Assembly: GCF_006345805.1 (NCBI RefSeq)
Contig: NC_043004.1
Span: 35,774,001 to 35,838,000 of the forward strand
Reading direction: 5' to 3'
Source of the DNA: Octopus sinensis
Lineage: Eukaryota
Length of the DNA stretch: 64,000 nt
In this document: positions 63,477 through 64,000 of the stretch, one piece after another
How the letters are laid out: each line of letters starts with the position of its first letter
Position numbering within the stretch: position 1 is the first letter of the stretch
Position numbers and translations under genes: made by a program
The notes under the pieces: model-generated
What the model saw: only the letters and a program-made list of their open reading frames with translations
Databases searched by the model: none
What the model was told of the DNA's origin: nothing

Positions 63477-64000
63477 ATGATTGGAGATGTTTAAAGGATG
63501 TTAGATGTGACCAAAGTAGAGAAGGTTCGAGTAACTGAAAACCGTTGTTGTTGAAATACCAGTGATGTTGAAATATGGTCAGAAGAGAGAATAGAACATT
63601 CGTGCAGACATGACCTTTCGGGGAAAAATTAATTGTAAAGTTTGTAATTTGAACAATAGAGATTAATTACTGACAGAAGACAAGAGTTGTGTTTTAGTAA
63701 GAAACAGTGGGTGTGAATTTTGTGTGGAATGTGATGGTAAGGATGGGGTCTAGTTTGGATCAAAATCTACAGATGTGTTTCTGAAGAGAAAGGAATTCAG
63801 AAGATTTAACAGAAATGAAGAAGGAGAAAAAAAATGATCATGACCCATTAGTTTTCATTAATCACTACTGCAATTGTTGCACATAACTAGAAGTCAGTTG
63901 GCTCCAGTGGGCCTCTTGTAACCTTGTAATAGCTGAGAACTTAGAAAAAAGAAGGGTATTAAACTTTTTGCTAGCTAAGAGGGCAACTTCACAAGGCAAC

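Overview
AT-rich, microsatellite- and transposon-dense eukaryotic DNA. The SINE and RTE-LINE repertoire points to an octopod cephalopod (inference from recalled family motifs, not from a search). No intact host gene is visible, and the window looks intronic or intergenic; most long ORFs in the track are translated microsatellites. Recognisable elements: RTE LINEs carrying a PHD-like finger plus about 20 3' tail fragments; three tRNA-derived SINE families; a DD37E Tc1-like transposon with long IR/DR TIRs; decayed Tigger, hAT, maT (DD37D) and Merlin transposases; a Neptune-type Penelope-like (PLE) RT/GIY-YIG fragment; and a non-autonomous Helitron. The most striking signal is six fold-back 'hairpin + unpaired tail' insertions, mostly sitting in (TA)n. 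Three carry minimal PLE-type hammerhead ribozyme cores (one only the 3' half). The other three form a diverged family with no hammerhead core but several stem-loops whose pairing is kept while the sequence changes, making it a candidate undescribed cis-acting RNA or ribozyme. The window also records several template-switch scars: a templated insertion, a microsatellite-seeded palindrome and a microhomology-bounded inversion splitting a Merlin transposase.
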